Shown here in pieces: positions 8,485 through 17,102 of a stretch of DNA of 64,000 nucleotides (position 1 is its first letter; the number at the start of each line of letters is the position of its first letter). The translations under genes were made by a program, and so were the position numbers. The stretch is from Capsulimonadaceae bacterium (lineage in GTDB: Bacteria > Armatimonadota > Armatimonadia > Armatimonadales > Capsulimonadaceae). The stretch lies in assembly GCA_965215505.1 (NCBI GenBank), contig OZ244065.1, positions 1,696,001-1,760,000 of the forward strand, written 5' to 3'. The notes under the pieces were generated by a model that was not told the origin of the DNA, did not search any database, and saw only the letters and a program-made list of their open reading frames with translations.

Positions 8485-10512
8485 TTAGCGCCGTTCCGCC
8501 CCCGCCCGCTCGGCCAGCAGGGCGGCGACGGCGGCCATCTGCGCGTCCACTTCGGCGTCGGTCAGGGTGCGGTCGGCGGCGCGGAAGGTAAGGCGCAGGG
8601 CGACGCTCTTCTTGCCGGCGGGGACACGCTCGCCGGTGTAGACGCTTTGCAGGCCGATTGCCTCGGTCAAGGCCGAGTCGGCGGCTTCGCGGGCCGTCGT
8701 CTCTAGCAGGGCGTAAGGTGTGGCGGCGTCCACGAGTGCGGCGATGTCACGAGACACGGCGGGGAAGCGCGGCAGGGCCGTGTAGCGGTGCGTCCCATCC
8801 GCATAGGCCAGCAGGGCGTCGGCGTCCAACTCGAAGACGGCGACGCGGCCGACCCCAGCGGGAACGTCCAGGTGCGCCTTGACAGCGTCCGGGTCAAGTT
8901 CGGCAACGTAGCCGATGACTTGGCCGGGCAGTGACACCGAGGCACACCGGCCGGGGTGCAACAGAGGGCGTGTCTCGGCGGCGAAGGTGACGCGGGGGAG
9001 GGAAAGCGCAGCGGCTAAACTTTCTACGAGGCCCTTGGCGGTGAAGAAGTCTATGGAAGGCCCCGTCAGCACGGCGGCGACGTGGCGGGTTTCGACGTAT
9101 TTACCTTCAGCTTCGCCTCGGTCGAAGACCTTGCCGACCTCGAACACCTGCACCTCCGCCTGGCGCTGGCGCGCGTTCCGGGCAAGCACTTCCAGCAGGT
9201 TCGGGACCAGGGACTGGCGCAGGCCGGACAACTCGGCGGAAAGGGCCTGGCGGATCGTGACGCGGCGGGCTGCCTCGCGCGGGTCGTCGAAGGGCGATGG
9301 CGCGGCGAGCGAATGCGTCAAGGCTTCTGACAGGCCAAAGCCGATCAGGGCCGTCCGAAGACGGGCCGCAAGCCTCCCCGCCGGCTCATCTCCCCCACCC
9401 GCCCCGCGCGCGGGCGGCAAGGTTTCGGGCAGGGTGTCGTAGCCGATCATGCGGCCGACCTCCTCGATCAAGTCAATCTCCTTGACCAGATCAGGCCGGA
9501 AAGTGGGAACAGTCACCGACAGCGGCTCCTGCGTGGCCCCGACAGCCAGCCCCAGGCGGCGCAGGCTGCCCGCGATGGTCGCCTCATCGAGCCGCGTCCC
9601 GAGAATGGCGTTGGTGCGCGACGGCCGCAGGGTCAAGACACGCTCGCGGGCGGGCTGCGGGTACAGGTCAATCCGGCCCAGCACGACCTCGCCGTCGGCA
9701 AGTTCGGCCAGCAGGTCGCAGGCGCGTTCCAGGGCGACGGGGGCAAGCTCCGGGTCCACGAACCGCTCGAACCGGTAAGAGGCTTCCGTCGAGAAGCCGA
9801 GCGCCTTGGCCGTCCGCCGGATGCTGCCGGGGTCGAAGTGGGCCGACTCCAGGAAGATGTGCCTGGTGGTCGTGGAGACTTCGGTGTCCGCCCCGCCCAT
9901 GATGCCCGCCAGGCCGATGGGACGGGACTGGTCGCAGATCGCCAGCATGTCCGGCGTCAGCGCCCGCTCCGTGCCGTCCAAAGTCTTCAGAGTCTCGCCC
10001 GCGCGGGCGGCCCGGACGACGATCTGCCCCTCGGGCAGCGTTGCGTAATCGTAGGCATGAAGGGGCTGGCCGAGTTCGAGCATCACATAGTTCGTGACGT
10101 CCACGACGATGTTGATGGACCGCATCCCCGCCGCTTCCAACCGCTTCCGCATCCAGTCCGGCGCGGGCCGGAAGACGATGTTGCGGATCAGCTTGCCGGT
10201 GAAGCGCGGGCAGCGCGCAGGGTCTTCGACGCGGACGCCGACCCAACGCTTGATGTCGGCGTTCTCATCCGGCAGGGGAGCGGGCTGCCACGCCAGGGGC
10301 CGGTCCAGCGCGGCGGCGGCCTCGCGGGCGGTCCCGACGACCGAGAGCCAGTCGCCCCGGTTGGGCGTGATCTTGGTGTGAAAAACCGGCCCGTCCTCGG
10401 ACGGCGTCGTCTCCTCCACCTCCAGCCCGGCCATGGTCAGTTTGTCGGCTAGGGCGTCATTGCCTAGCGGTGTGTCTACAAATTCTCGGAGCCACTCTAC
10501 GGGGAGCTTCAT
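8485..10512 (-). CDS. pheT: Phenylalanine-tRNA ligase beta subunit (short form lacking the B2 OB domain)
   Basis: ITPNRGD, VDVTNYVMLELGQPLHAYD, FLESAHF, RPDL..EIDLIEEV, FPAVSRDI, KKSVA..RTLTD. Confidence 0.96.
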   Translation of the reverse strand: MKLPVEWLREFVDTPLGNDALADKLTMAGLEVEETTPSEDGPVFHTKITPNRGDWLSVVGTAREAAAALDRPLAWQPAPLPDENADIKRWVGVRVEDPARCPRFTGKLIRNIVFRPAPDWMRKRLEAAGMRSINIVVDVTNYVMLELGQPLHAYDYATLPEGQIVVRAARAGETLKTLDGTERALTPDMLAICDQSRPIGLAGIMGGADTEVSTTTRHIFLESAHFDPGSIRRTAKALGFSTEASYRFERFVDPELAPVALERACDLLAELADGEVVLGRIDLYPQPARERVLTLRPSRTNAILGTRLDEATIAGSLRRLGLAVGATQEPLSVTVPTFRPDLVKEIDLIEEVGRMIGYDTLPETLPPARGAGGGDEPAGRLAARLRTALIGFGLSEALTHSLAAPSPFDDPREAARRVTIRQALSAELSGLRQSLVPNLLEVLARNARQRQAEVQVFEVGKVFDRGEAEGKYVETRHVAAVLTGPSIDFFTAKGLVESLAAALSLPRVTFAAETRPLLHPGRCASVSLPGQVIGYVAELDPDAVKAHLDVPAGVGRVAVFELDADALLAYADGTHRYTALPRFPAVSRDIAALVDAATPYALLETTAREAADSALTEAIGLQSVYTGERVPAGKKSVALRLTFRAADRTLTDAEVDAQMAAVAALLAERAGAERR

Positions 10513-10766
10513 TCTGCGTCTTCATTCCTGGGTGCTGACAACCGCTTCTCCATCTTCAACAACGTGTTTTCCAGGCGCAACGCCATCTTCTCCCGTTCGT
10601 GCGTTTCGTTCTCGCGGATGTGCTGCATCTCCCGCGCCAAGAGTTATACGGCGGTCGAGAGTTGACGCACTTCACGCTGAAGTTCTTTGATGTCGGCGCG
10701 GTTCTGCTGCAACGTTTCTCCGAAGTTGAAAAGCATCTTTGCCATGTCGGAAAGTTTTTGCCACAT
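10509..10766 (-). pseudogene. Coiled-coil hypothetical gene with an in-frame TAA at codon 41
   Basis: MWQKLSDMAKMLFNFGETLQQNRADIKELQREVRQLSTAV*LLAREMQHIRENETHEREKMALRLENTLLKMEKRLSAPRNEDAE; TAA at 10644-10646; terminal TGA overlaps the pheT ATG. Confidence 0.7.
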
Positions 10767-10768
10767 GG

Positions 10769-10960
10769 TTACGCCGCCTTTAAGGTCTGCATGATGTCCA
10801 TCAGAATCGCATCCGTTTCCGCTCGGAGCGTTTCGATCTCCTGCCGGTCCTCTTTCATCCGCTCCTGAAGAAGATGCATCTCGCCCAGATAGCGGTCAAC
10901 AGCAGAGGCGTATTCCGCCTCCACATTCGACGTTACTTCAAGAGTGACTGTTTTTGCCAT
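10769..10960 (-). CDS. Small coiled-coil hypothetical protein
   Basis: MAKTVTLEV...; GGAGA RBS; ends 2 nt before the next gene. Confidence 0.6.
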   Translation of the reverse strand: MAKTVTLEVTSNVEAEYASAVDRYLGEMHLLQERMKEDRQEIETLRAETDAILMDIMQTLKAA

Positions 10961-11071
10961 GATGGATTCTCCCTGAGCTATTGTACCATGATAGCCTAGT
11001 TCACAGTGCCCGAAGCCATTCTTCTCCACGAACAGCCTTCACGATACGGTGAAGCTCATCGCGTGGGGCCA

Positions 11072-11353
11072 CTACTCACCATCTGGTATTGACGCACGCC
11101 TATCTGATAGCGGCTTGTGACAGTAGACTGGAACCATGCACGCCAGCGTGAAATAAGCATAGCTCGAACTGGTCCAGTGGAGCAATACCAGCCAGACGAA
11201 TGTTGCGAGGCCCCAGAGTAGGACGAGGGTTTGATACGCCCAATATAATGCGGTGCGCTTTTTGCCCTGGCACCAAGCCCGCGCTATGCGCCACAACCCG
11301 ACGAAACAGAGGGCTAATAAGAACCAAGCGAAGATTTCACAGACAGTCCGCAT
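11072..11353 (-). CDS. Small membrane hypothetical protein
   Basis: 93 aa with about three hydrophobic segments; AT-richer than the flanks. Confidence 0.5.
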   Translation of the reverse strand: MRTVCEIFAWFLLALCFVGLWRIARAWCQGKKRTALYWAYQTLVLLWGLATFVWLVLLHWTSSSYAYFTLACMVPVYCHKPLSDRRASIPDGE

Positions 11354-11430
11354 TGTCTCTTGGTGGCCTGCTCCACCCGTTGCTGGTCCTAGGTACAGTC
11401 TAGGACCTGATACGACTGGTAGCAGTCTTT

Positions 11431-12417
11431 TTAGAACTGCCGCAGGAAGCGGAGGTCGTTTTCGGTGAAGAGGCGGATGTCGTCAATGCCGTACTTCGCC
11501 ATCGGCATCCGGTCTATGCCCAAGCCCCAGGCGAAGCCGGTGTAGCGCTCCGAGTCAATGCCCATCTCGTCCAGGATGTTGGGGTGGACCATGCCCGCGC
11601 CGCCGAGTTCGAGCCAGCCGGAACCCCAGCGGATGGCGACTTCGACGCCCGGCTCGACGAAGGGGAAGAAGTCGGGGCGGAAGCGGATCTCGACCTCGCC
11701 GAAGAGGCGGCGGACGAGTTCGGCGAAGGTGCCTTTGAGGTCGGCCAGCGTCAGGCCCTCGTCCACGGCGAGGAGGTCTACCTGGTGGAAGGTGTGGGAG
11801 TGGGTGGCATCCACGGCCTCATAGCGATAGCACTTGCCGATGGTGGCGGCACGGATGGGCGGCTTCTGGGCCTGCATGACGTGGGCCTGGAAGGCGGTCG
11901 TCTGGGTCCGCAGCAGGTGGGTGGGGTCCACATAGAACGACATCTGCTCGTCGAAGGCGGGGTGGTCGGGCGGGTAGTTGAGGGTCTGGAAGTTGTAGTA
12001 GTAGTCTTCGATGTCCGGCCACTCGGCGAACCGATAGCCCATGCTGACCAGCGCGTCTTTGACCGCCTGCGCCTGGCGCGTAATCGGGTGCTGGGTCCCG
12101 CGCGGGTAGGTTGCACCGGGCAGGGTCACGTCCACGGCGTCGGCGGCGAGGCGGGCGGCGCGCTCATGCGCGGCGAGGCCGGAACGCTTCTCGTCGAGCA
12201 GGGCGGTCAGCTCGTCCTTGCGGGCGTTGACGGACGACCCAAAGCGCGGCTTTTCGTCGGGCGGCAGAGTGCCGACGAGGCGCAGGAGGCCAGTGAGCTG
12301 GCCTTTGCGCCCCAGATACGACACCTCGACGGCTTCTACCTCGGCGGTGGTCGCGGCCGCCTCCAGGGCGGCCTTCGCTTCCGACGTGACCTGCTCTAGC
12401 TGCTCCGTTGCAGTCAT
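11431..12417 (-). CDS. pheS: Phenylalanine-tRNA ligase alpha subunit
   Basis: YLGRKG, HPI, LLRTQT, DATHSHTFHQVD, RFRPDFFPFVEP, GFAWGLGIDR, DLRFLRQF. Confidence 0.97.
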   Translation of the reverse strand: MTATEQLEQVTSEAKAALEAAATTAEVEAVEVSYLGRKGQLTGLLRLVGTLPPDEKPRFGSSVNARKDELTALLDEKRSGLAAHERAARLAADAVDVTLPGATYPRGTQHPITRQAQAVKDALVSMGYRFAEWPDIEDYYYNFQTLNYPPDHPAFDEQMSFYVDPTHLLRTQTTAFQAHVMQAQKPPIRAATIGKCYRYEAVDATHSHTFHQVDLLAVDEGLTLADLKGTFAELVRRLFGEVEIRFRPDFFPFVEPGVEVAIRWGSGWLELGGAGMVHPNILDEMGIDSERYTGFAWGLGIDRMPMAKYGIDDIRLFTENDLRFLRQF

Positions 12418-12421
12418 GGCG

Positions 12422-12808
12422 CTAGGAGGCCGTGACCAGCGTGTGGGTCGGCGCGGGGGTGGTGATGTTGAGCGACGCGACCAGAGCATTGAAAGCCGTG
12501 TTATCGCTGATTGCCATCTCGGACAGCACCTTGCGGTCAAGCTCGACTCCGCTCGCGCCGAGGGCGGCGATGAAGCGGCTGTACTGGACTCCCTGCGCGC
12601 GGCAGGCGGCGTTGATCCGCGCGATCCAAAGCTGGCGGAACTCACGCTTTTTGTTGCGGCGGTCCCGGTAGGCGTACTGTCCGGACTTCATCACCTGCTC
12701 GTTGGCGCTCTTGAAGAGGCGCGACTTGCCGCCGAAGTAGCCCGAGGCTTCCTTCAAAATCTTGTGGTGGCGCTTGTGCTTCATCACGCCGCGCTTGACT
12801 CGTGCCAT
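12422..12808 (-). CDS. rplT: 50S ribosomal protein L20
   Basis: MARVKRG, YAYRDRR.KKR.FR.LWI.RINAA. Confidence 0.98.
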   Translation of the reverse strand: MARVKRGVMKHKRHHKILKEASGYFGGKSRLFKSANEQVMKSGQYAYRDRRNKKREFRQLWIARINAACRAQGVQYSRFIAALGASGVELDRKVLSEMAISDNTAFNALVASLNITTPAPTHTLVTAS

Positions 12809-12855
12809 GGTTCCCTAGTTCCTTTTCCTGAATAGTGTCGTCCCGAGCGTCCGCC

Positions 12856-13062
12856 CTACTTGGGCAGCCCGTTCGGGAGCATCCGCTTGATGGACTTCCG
12901 CTTGCCCTTGTACAGTTCCGTATCCGAGGTCAGCGTCCGCAGGTTGGAGCCACTCTTGTGGATATTCAAATGGTTGTGGTGCGCGTGGCTGTGCATCAGC
13001 TTCCCGGTTCCGGTCTCCTTGAAGCGCTTGGCCGCCGTCTTGCGGGTCTTGATCTTCGGCAT
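12856..13062 (-). CDS. rpmI: 50S ribosomal protein L35
   Basis: MPKIKTRKTAAKRFKETGTGK; lies between infC and rplT. Confidence 0.95.
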   Translation of the reverse strand: MPKIKTRKTAAKRFKETGTGKLMHSHAHHNHLNIHKSGSNLRTLTSDTELYKGKRKSIKRMLPNGLPK

Positions 13063-13156
13063 TTTCTTGTTTCCTTTGATGAGGCTGTTGACACGGCAAC
13101 GAACCCGGCGCACGGTCGGTGTCCGGGTTCGCTCAGTCTTCCCGAATGGTTTCTTG

Positions 13157-13846
13157 CTAGGCTGCCGGCGGCGCGTCCGTGGCGGGCGGCGCGGGTGCGA
13201 CGACCGGAGCGGGCGCGGCTTCCGGTGCGGCACTGGCGGCGGGCTTCGGCGCGACCGCCGGTTTGGGCACGGCTGGCTTCGGCGCGGGCGACCCGCCCGC
13301 CTTGTTCGGCGTCAGGACGGCGTACATGGTACGGCCTTCCATGGCGGGCGGCTTCTCGATCTGCGCCACGTCGGCGACGCGCTGGAGGAAGGTGTCGAGC
13401 TGTCCGCGCCCGACCTCCGGGTGCCGGATCTGGCCGCCGATGAAGCGGAAGGTCACTTTGACCTTGTCGCCGTCTTCCAGGAACTTGCGCGCGTGGTTGA
13501 CCTTGGTTTGCAGGTCATGTTCCGACAGCATCCCGTAGCGCGGGTCCAGCCGGATGTCCTTGAGTTCGCTCTGCTTGTGCTTCTTGGCGGACTCTTTCTC
13601 TTTTTTGGCCTGCTCGTACTTGTACTTGCCGTAGTCCATAATCTTACAGACCGGCGGCTGGGCCTGCGGGGCCACTTCGATCAGGTCAATCCCGCGCTCG
13701 CGGGCGATGAGAAGCGCCTCGCGCGGCGTCATGATGCCGAGCTGGCCTCCGTCGTCGTCAATGACGCGGATCTCGCGGGCGCGTATCCGCTCGTTCATGT
13801 TGACCCGTGGCTCGCGCGGGTCCCTGCGAAAGTCTCTGCTGTTGAT
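13157..13846 (-). CDS. infC: Translation initiation factor IF-3, probable ATC start
   Basis: NERIRAREIRVI, PPVCKIMDYGKYKYE, FLEDGDKVKV; GAGGA SD precedes an in-frame ATC at 13846 with an in-frame TAA just upstream. Confidence 0.93.
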   Translation of the reverse strand: MNSRDFRRDPREPRVNMNERIRAREIRVIDDDGGQLGIMTPREALLIARERGIDLIEVAPQAQPPVCKIMDYGKYKYEQAKKEKESAKKHKQSELKDIRLDPRYGMLSEHDLQTKVNHARKFLEDGDKVKVTFRFIGGQIRHPEVGRGQLDTFLQRVADVAQIEKPPAMEGRTMYAVLTPNKAGGSPAPKPAVPKPAVAPKPAASAAPEAAPAPVVAPAPPATDAPPAA

Positions 13847-13937
13847 GTTTTAGGTCCTCACCCACTAGAAAAAGTCGGTGTGCGTGGGCCGACACCGAGC
13901 GAGTTTTATTGTAGCGCATTCGGCACGAAAATGTCAA
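13847..13937 (-). promoter_or_regulatory. infC promoter and structured leader (candidate L20 leader)
   Basis: TTGACA-N18-TACAAT (13937-13908); hairpin TCGGTGT/ACACCGA followed by CTTTTT; CTCGCTC can pair with GGGTGAG at the SD. Confidence 0.6.
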
Positions 13938-13963
13938 TGCCCCGCCACGAGATGTCGCGGACA

Positions 13964-14374
13964 TTACCGGACGACCTCCAGGGCAGAACCATCAGCAAGG
14001 CGGTAGACATAGAAGTCGCTGTCCACGGTGAAGATGCGTGTCAGAGATTGGCTTTCCGCCGTGACGACCAGTGAGGCATCCGCCAGATCCATAGGCGTGT
14101 CTTTGTACTTAGTCATTAGCGTCTGCATCCGGTCAATCTCGGTAATCGTCAAGTCATGCAGCAGGAGATCGCCCGAAGAGCGCAAAGCCCAGAGACGGAC
14201 TTGGTAGCGGTATCCGCCCACCTCGCCGAGCAGATACATCGCTTCGGTGAAACAAGGCCAGGTCGTCAGCATTGGTTCCATCGGCAGGCGCTTGGCGGCT
14301 GCCACACAAGGCGCGTGAAGGTCATCATCTTCGTCCAGCAGGGCGACCAGTGGGCCTGTGTCCGTAAGCGTCAC
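13964..14374 (-). CDS. PIN-domain VapC-type toxin
   Basis: LTDTGPLVAL, FTEAMYL, MDLADASLV, IFTVDSDF. Confidence 0.9.
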   Translation of the reverse strand: MTLTDTGPLVALLDEDDDLHAPCVAAAKRLPMEPMLTTWPCFTEAMYLLGEVGGYRYQVRLWALRSSGDLLLHDLTITEIDRMQTLMTKYKDTPMDLADASLVVTAESQSLTRIFTVDSDFYVYRLADGSALEVVR

Positions 14375-14670
14375 AACTTGCCCTCGCGCCGCTTCCGGGC
14401 CATGCCTTCGGCAAACTTCCTGCCAGTATCCGTCGCCATCTGTGCCCCACCGGGGATATGTTCGCCGCTATGGATGGTGCCGATGTAGTCACTCAGCAGG
14501 TCAAACAGGGAGGTCCCAGACTTCCTCTCCGGCGGTTCAATGGCGGGCGGAAAAGTCTTGCGGAGAACATCCAGTGCGAGTAACTCCGTCGTCGTACCCT
14601 GCCGCCGAGCCTGTTGAGCCACCGTTTCTTCGATCTCAGGCGGCAACGTGATAGTCGTCATTCCGTTCAC
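14371..14670 (-). CDS. Probable antitoxin for the PIN toxin
   Basis: RHH-like ITLPPEIEETVAQQARRQG; 4-nt overlaps with both thrS and the toxin. Confidence 0.75.
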   Translation of the reverse strand: MNGMTTITLPPEIEETVAQQARRQGTTTELLALDVLRKTFPPAIEPPERKSGTSLFDLLSDYIGTIHSGEHIPGGAQMATDTGRKFAEGMARKRREGKL

Positions 14671-16454
14671 GCTTTCGTTTCTTCAAGCAGGCGGTTCAGG
14701 AAGTCTACCTGACTGAGCGCGCCGAGGTCCGTACCGCCGCGCTGGCGGACCGAGACGTTGCCCGCATCCCTGTCCCGGTCGCCGACGACGAGCATGTACG
14801 GGACCTTCTGGGACTCGGCCTCGGCGATCTTCTTGCCGACCTTCTCGTTGCGCCCGTCCATCTCCACGCGGAAGCCGGCGTCAACGAGGTTCGTTCTGAC
14901 ACTTTCCGCGTATTCTTTGTGCCGGTCGGCGATGGGCAGGATGACCGCCTGGACGGGCGCGAGCCAGGTGGGGAATGCGCCCGCATACTGCTCGATCAGA
15001 ATGCCCAGGAACCGCTCGGTGGAGCCGGTGACGGCCCGGTGCAGGACGACCGGCGTGTGCGGGTGGCTGTCCTCGCCGATGTAGGAGCAGCCGAGCCGGG
15101 CGGGCTGGATGAAATCCACCTGGATGGTGGAGATCTGCCACTCGCGGCCCAGCACGTCCCGCGTCAGGAAGTCGGCCTTGGGACCGTAGAAGGCCGCCTC
15201 GCCGCTGGCCTCCACATACTCCACCCTGTTCGCGTCCAGGGCGGACCGCAGGGCGTTCTCGGCAAGCTCCCATTTCTCGTCGTCCCGGACGAACTTGCTT
15301 TCGGGGTCGTCGTCGCGCAGGGACAGGCGGACGTAGTAGTCGGTGAACCCGTACCGCTGCAAGGTTTCGCGGATGAGCTGCAAGGCCAGCGTGAACTCGC
15401 TCTCGATCTGATCCGGCGTGCAGAAGATGTGGCAGTCGTCCTGGGTCAGCGACCGGACGCGGGTCAGGCCGTTCAGCTCACCGCTTTTTTCGTAGCGGTA
15501 CAGAGTCGCGAACTCGGCATAGCGCAGGGGCAGGTCGCGGTACGAGTGCATCTGCGTGTTGAACAAAGTCATGTGCGAGGGGCAGTTCATCGGCTTCAGG
15601 CGCATCCGGTCCCCGCCGGGGTCCACCATCGGCGGGAACATGCCGCCCGCGACCTTGTCGCCGTAGTTGTCCAGGTGGCCGGATTTGCGGTACAGCTCTT
15701 CCTTAGCGATGTGACCCGTCCAGACGTGCTGGTAGCCGTACTTGGTCTGCAAGTCGCGGACGTAGGTTTCCATCGCGTGCCGGATGGCCTCGCCTTTGGG
15801 CAGGAACAGGGGGATGCCGGGGCCGATGTCCTCGCTGAAGGCGAACAGGCCGAGCTGCTTGCCGAGGACGCGGTGGTCGCGCTTCTTGGCTTCTTCCAGC
15901 CGGACGTAGTAAGCGTCCAGCTCCCCCTGCGTATCGAACAGAACCCCATAGATGCGCTGGAGCTGGGGGCGCTTCTCATCGCCGCGCCAGTACGCGCCCG
16001 CCGTGTGGTCCAGCTTGAAGACGCCGATCTGGCCGGTGCTTTCGACGTGCGGGCCACGGCAGAGGTCGGTGAACGGCCCCTGCGTGTAGAACGAGATCGT
16101 CTCGCCTTCGGGCAGGTCACGGATCAGCTCGACCTTGTAGGACTGCCCCCGCGCCTCCTCAAAGGCGGTCGCCTCCTCGCGCGGCTTCTCGGCGCGGGTC
16201 AGCGGCAGGTCTTCGCGGCGGATGCGCTTCATCCTGGACTCGATCTCGACCAGGTCCTCCGGCGTCAGGGGCCGGGGCAGGTCGAAGTCGTAGTAAAAGC
16301 CTTCCTCGATCGGCGGGCCGATGGCGAGCTTGGCCTCGGGGAACTTTTCCAGCACCGCCTGCGCCATGACGTGCGCGGCGGTGTGCCGCTTCTTCCAGAT
16401 GTCGCTCACCGATGAGCCGCCGGGGTTGTCCAAAGAGTTGTCTGATTTTGCCAC
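14667..16454 (-). CDS. thrS: Threonine-tRNA ligase (short form lacking the N-terminal TGS domain)
   Basis: RHTAAHVMAQAV, DLCRGPH, GAYWRGD, RDHR, KPMNCP, GLTRVR..TQDD, AFYGPK, LHRA; GGAGA RBS before GTG 16454. Confidence 0.96.
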   Translation of the reverse strand: MAKSDNSLDNPGGSSVSDIWKKRHTAAHVMAQAVLEKFPEAKLAIGPPIEEGFYYDFDLPRPLTPEDLVEIESRMKRIRREDLPLTRAEKPREEATAFEEARGQSYKVELIRDLPEGETISFYTQGPFTDLCRGPHVESTGQIGVFKLDHTAGAYWRGDEKRPQLQRIYGVLFDTQGELDAYYVRLEEAKKRDHRVLGKQLGLFAFSEDIGPGIPLFLPKGEAIRHAMETYVRDLQTKYGYQHVWTGHIAKEELYRKSGHLDNYGDKVAGGMFPPMVDPGGDRMRLKPMNCPSHMTLFNTQMHSYRDLPLRYAEFATLYRYEKSGELNGLTRVRSLTQDDCHIFCTPDQIESEFTLALQLIRETLQRYGFTDYYVRLSLRDDDPESKFVRDDEKWELAENALRSALDANRVEYVEASGEAAFYGPKADFLTRDVLGREWQISTIQVDFIQPARLGCSYIGEDSHPHTPVVLHRAVTGSTERFLGILIEQYAGAFPTWLAPVQAVILPIADRHKEYAESVRTNLVDAGFRVEMDGRNEKVGKKIAEAESQKVPYMLVVGDRDRDAGNVSVRQRGGTDLGALSQVDFLNRLLEETKA

Positions 16455-16483
16455 GTCGCTTCTCCATACCAAAGAGTGCAAGG

Positions 16484-16513
16484 AGTATAGCCGAACGGCA
16501 GGCCGTTTGTCAA
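16484..16513 (-). promoter_or_regulatory. thrS sigma70-type promoter
   Basis: TTGACA-N18-TATACT on the minus strand. Confidence 0.65.
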
Positions 16514-16556
16514 ACGCGGGCGGGAAGCGAGTATAATGGGTGGAAAGGAGAACGCC

Positions 16557-16895
16557 ATGGCACTTCTGGAAAGCTACGTCGCCGAACCGCCGCCGCTGTA
16601 TAAGACGGAGCAGGGCGCGATCCGGGTGCGCGGAACGCGGGTTTCACTCGACACAGTGATCTACGCCTATAACAGCGGGGCGACGCCGGAAGCCATCGTC
16701 CGATCATACACGACGCTGAAGCTCCGCGACGTGTACGCCGTCATCACCTACTACTTGGACCATCAAGACGTGGTGGATGCGTACATCGCGCGGCGGGAAG
16801 CAGAAGCGGCAGAGATCCGCAAGGAGATCGAGGCGAATCAGCCTTCCAACGCGGAGTTCGGCGCACGCTTACAGGCCCGCCTTGCGGAGAGTTAA
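16557..16895 (+). CDS. DUF433-family antitoxin-like protein, no adjacent toxin
   Basis: IRVRGTRVSLD..I, GATPEAIV..Y.TL.L.DVYAVITYY. Confidence 0.85.
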   Translation: MALLESYVAEPPPLYKTEQGAIRVRGTRVSLDTVIYAYNSGATPEAIVRSYTTLKLRDVYAVITYYLDHQDVVDAYIARREAEAAEIRKEIEANQPSNAEFGARLQARLAES

Positions 16896-17027
16896 GACGA
16901 GTGAATGAATTCACTCGCTCCAAGTAGAAGCGTCCAAGGGAGGCGATAACGGCACAGGCCGTCAAGAGGTCCTGTCTTCTGTCCCTTGGACAGGTCCTAC
17001 GTCAGCGAGTGATTCCAATCACTCGTC
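16896..17027. repeat. REPIN/MITE-like element (inverted REP doublet), copy 1
   Basis: Left GACGAGTGAATGAATTCACTCGCT, right AGCGAGTGATTCCAATCACTCGTC, inner inverted repeat TCCAAGGGA/TCCCTTGGA. Confidence 0.75.
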
Positions 17028-17102
17028 CCTGCCCCTCCCCCTCAAAATCCTCCGCGCACGAGTCGCGCCTTCAGCGGTCTAACGGGTGTATAATAGACTC
17101 CC

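Noticed and set aside
8030..11430. Integron cassette array
   Set aside because: No repeated attC-like sites between the small ORFs and no intI.
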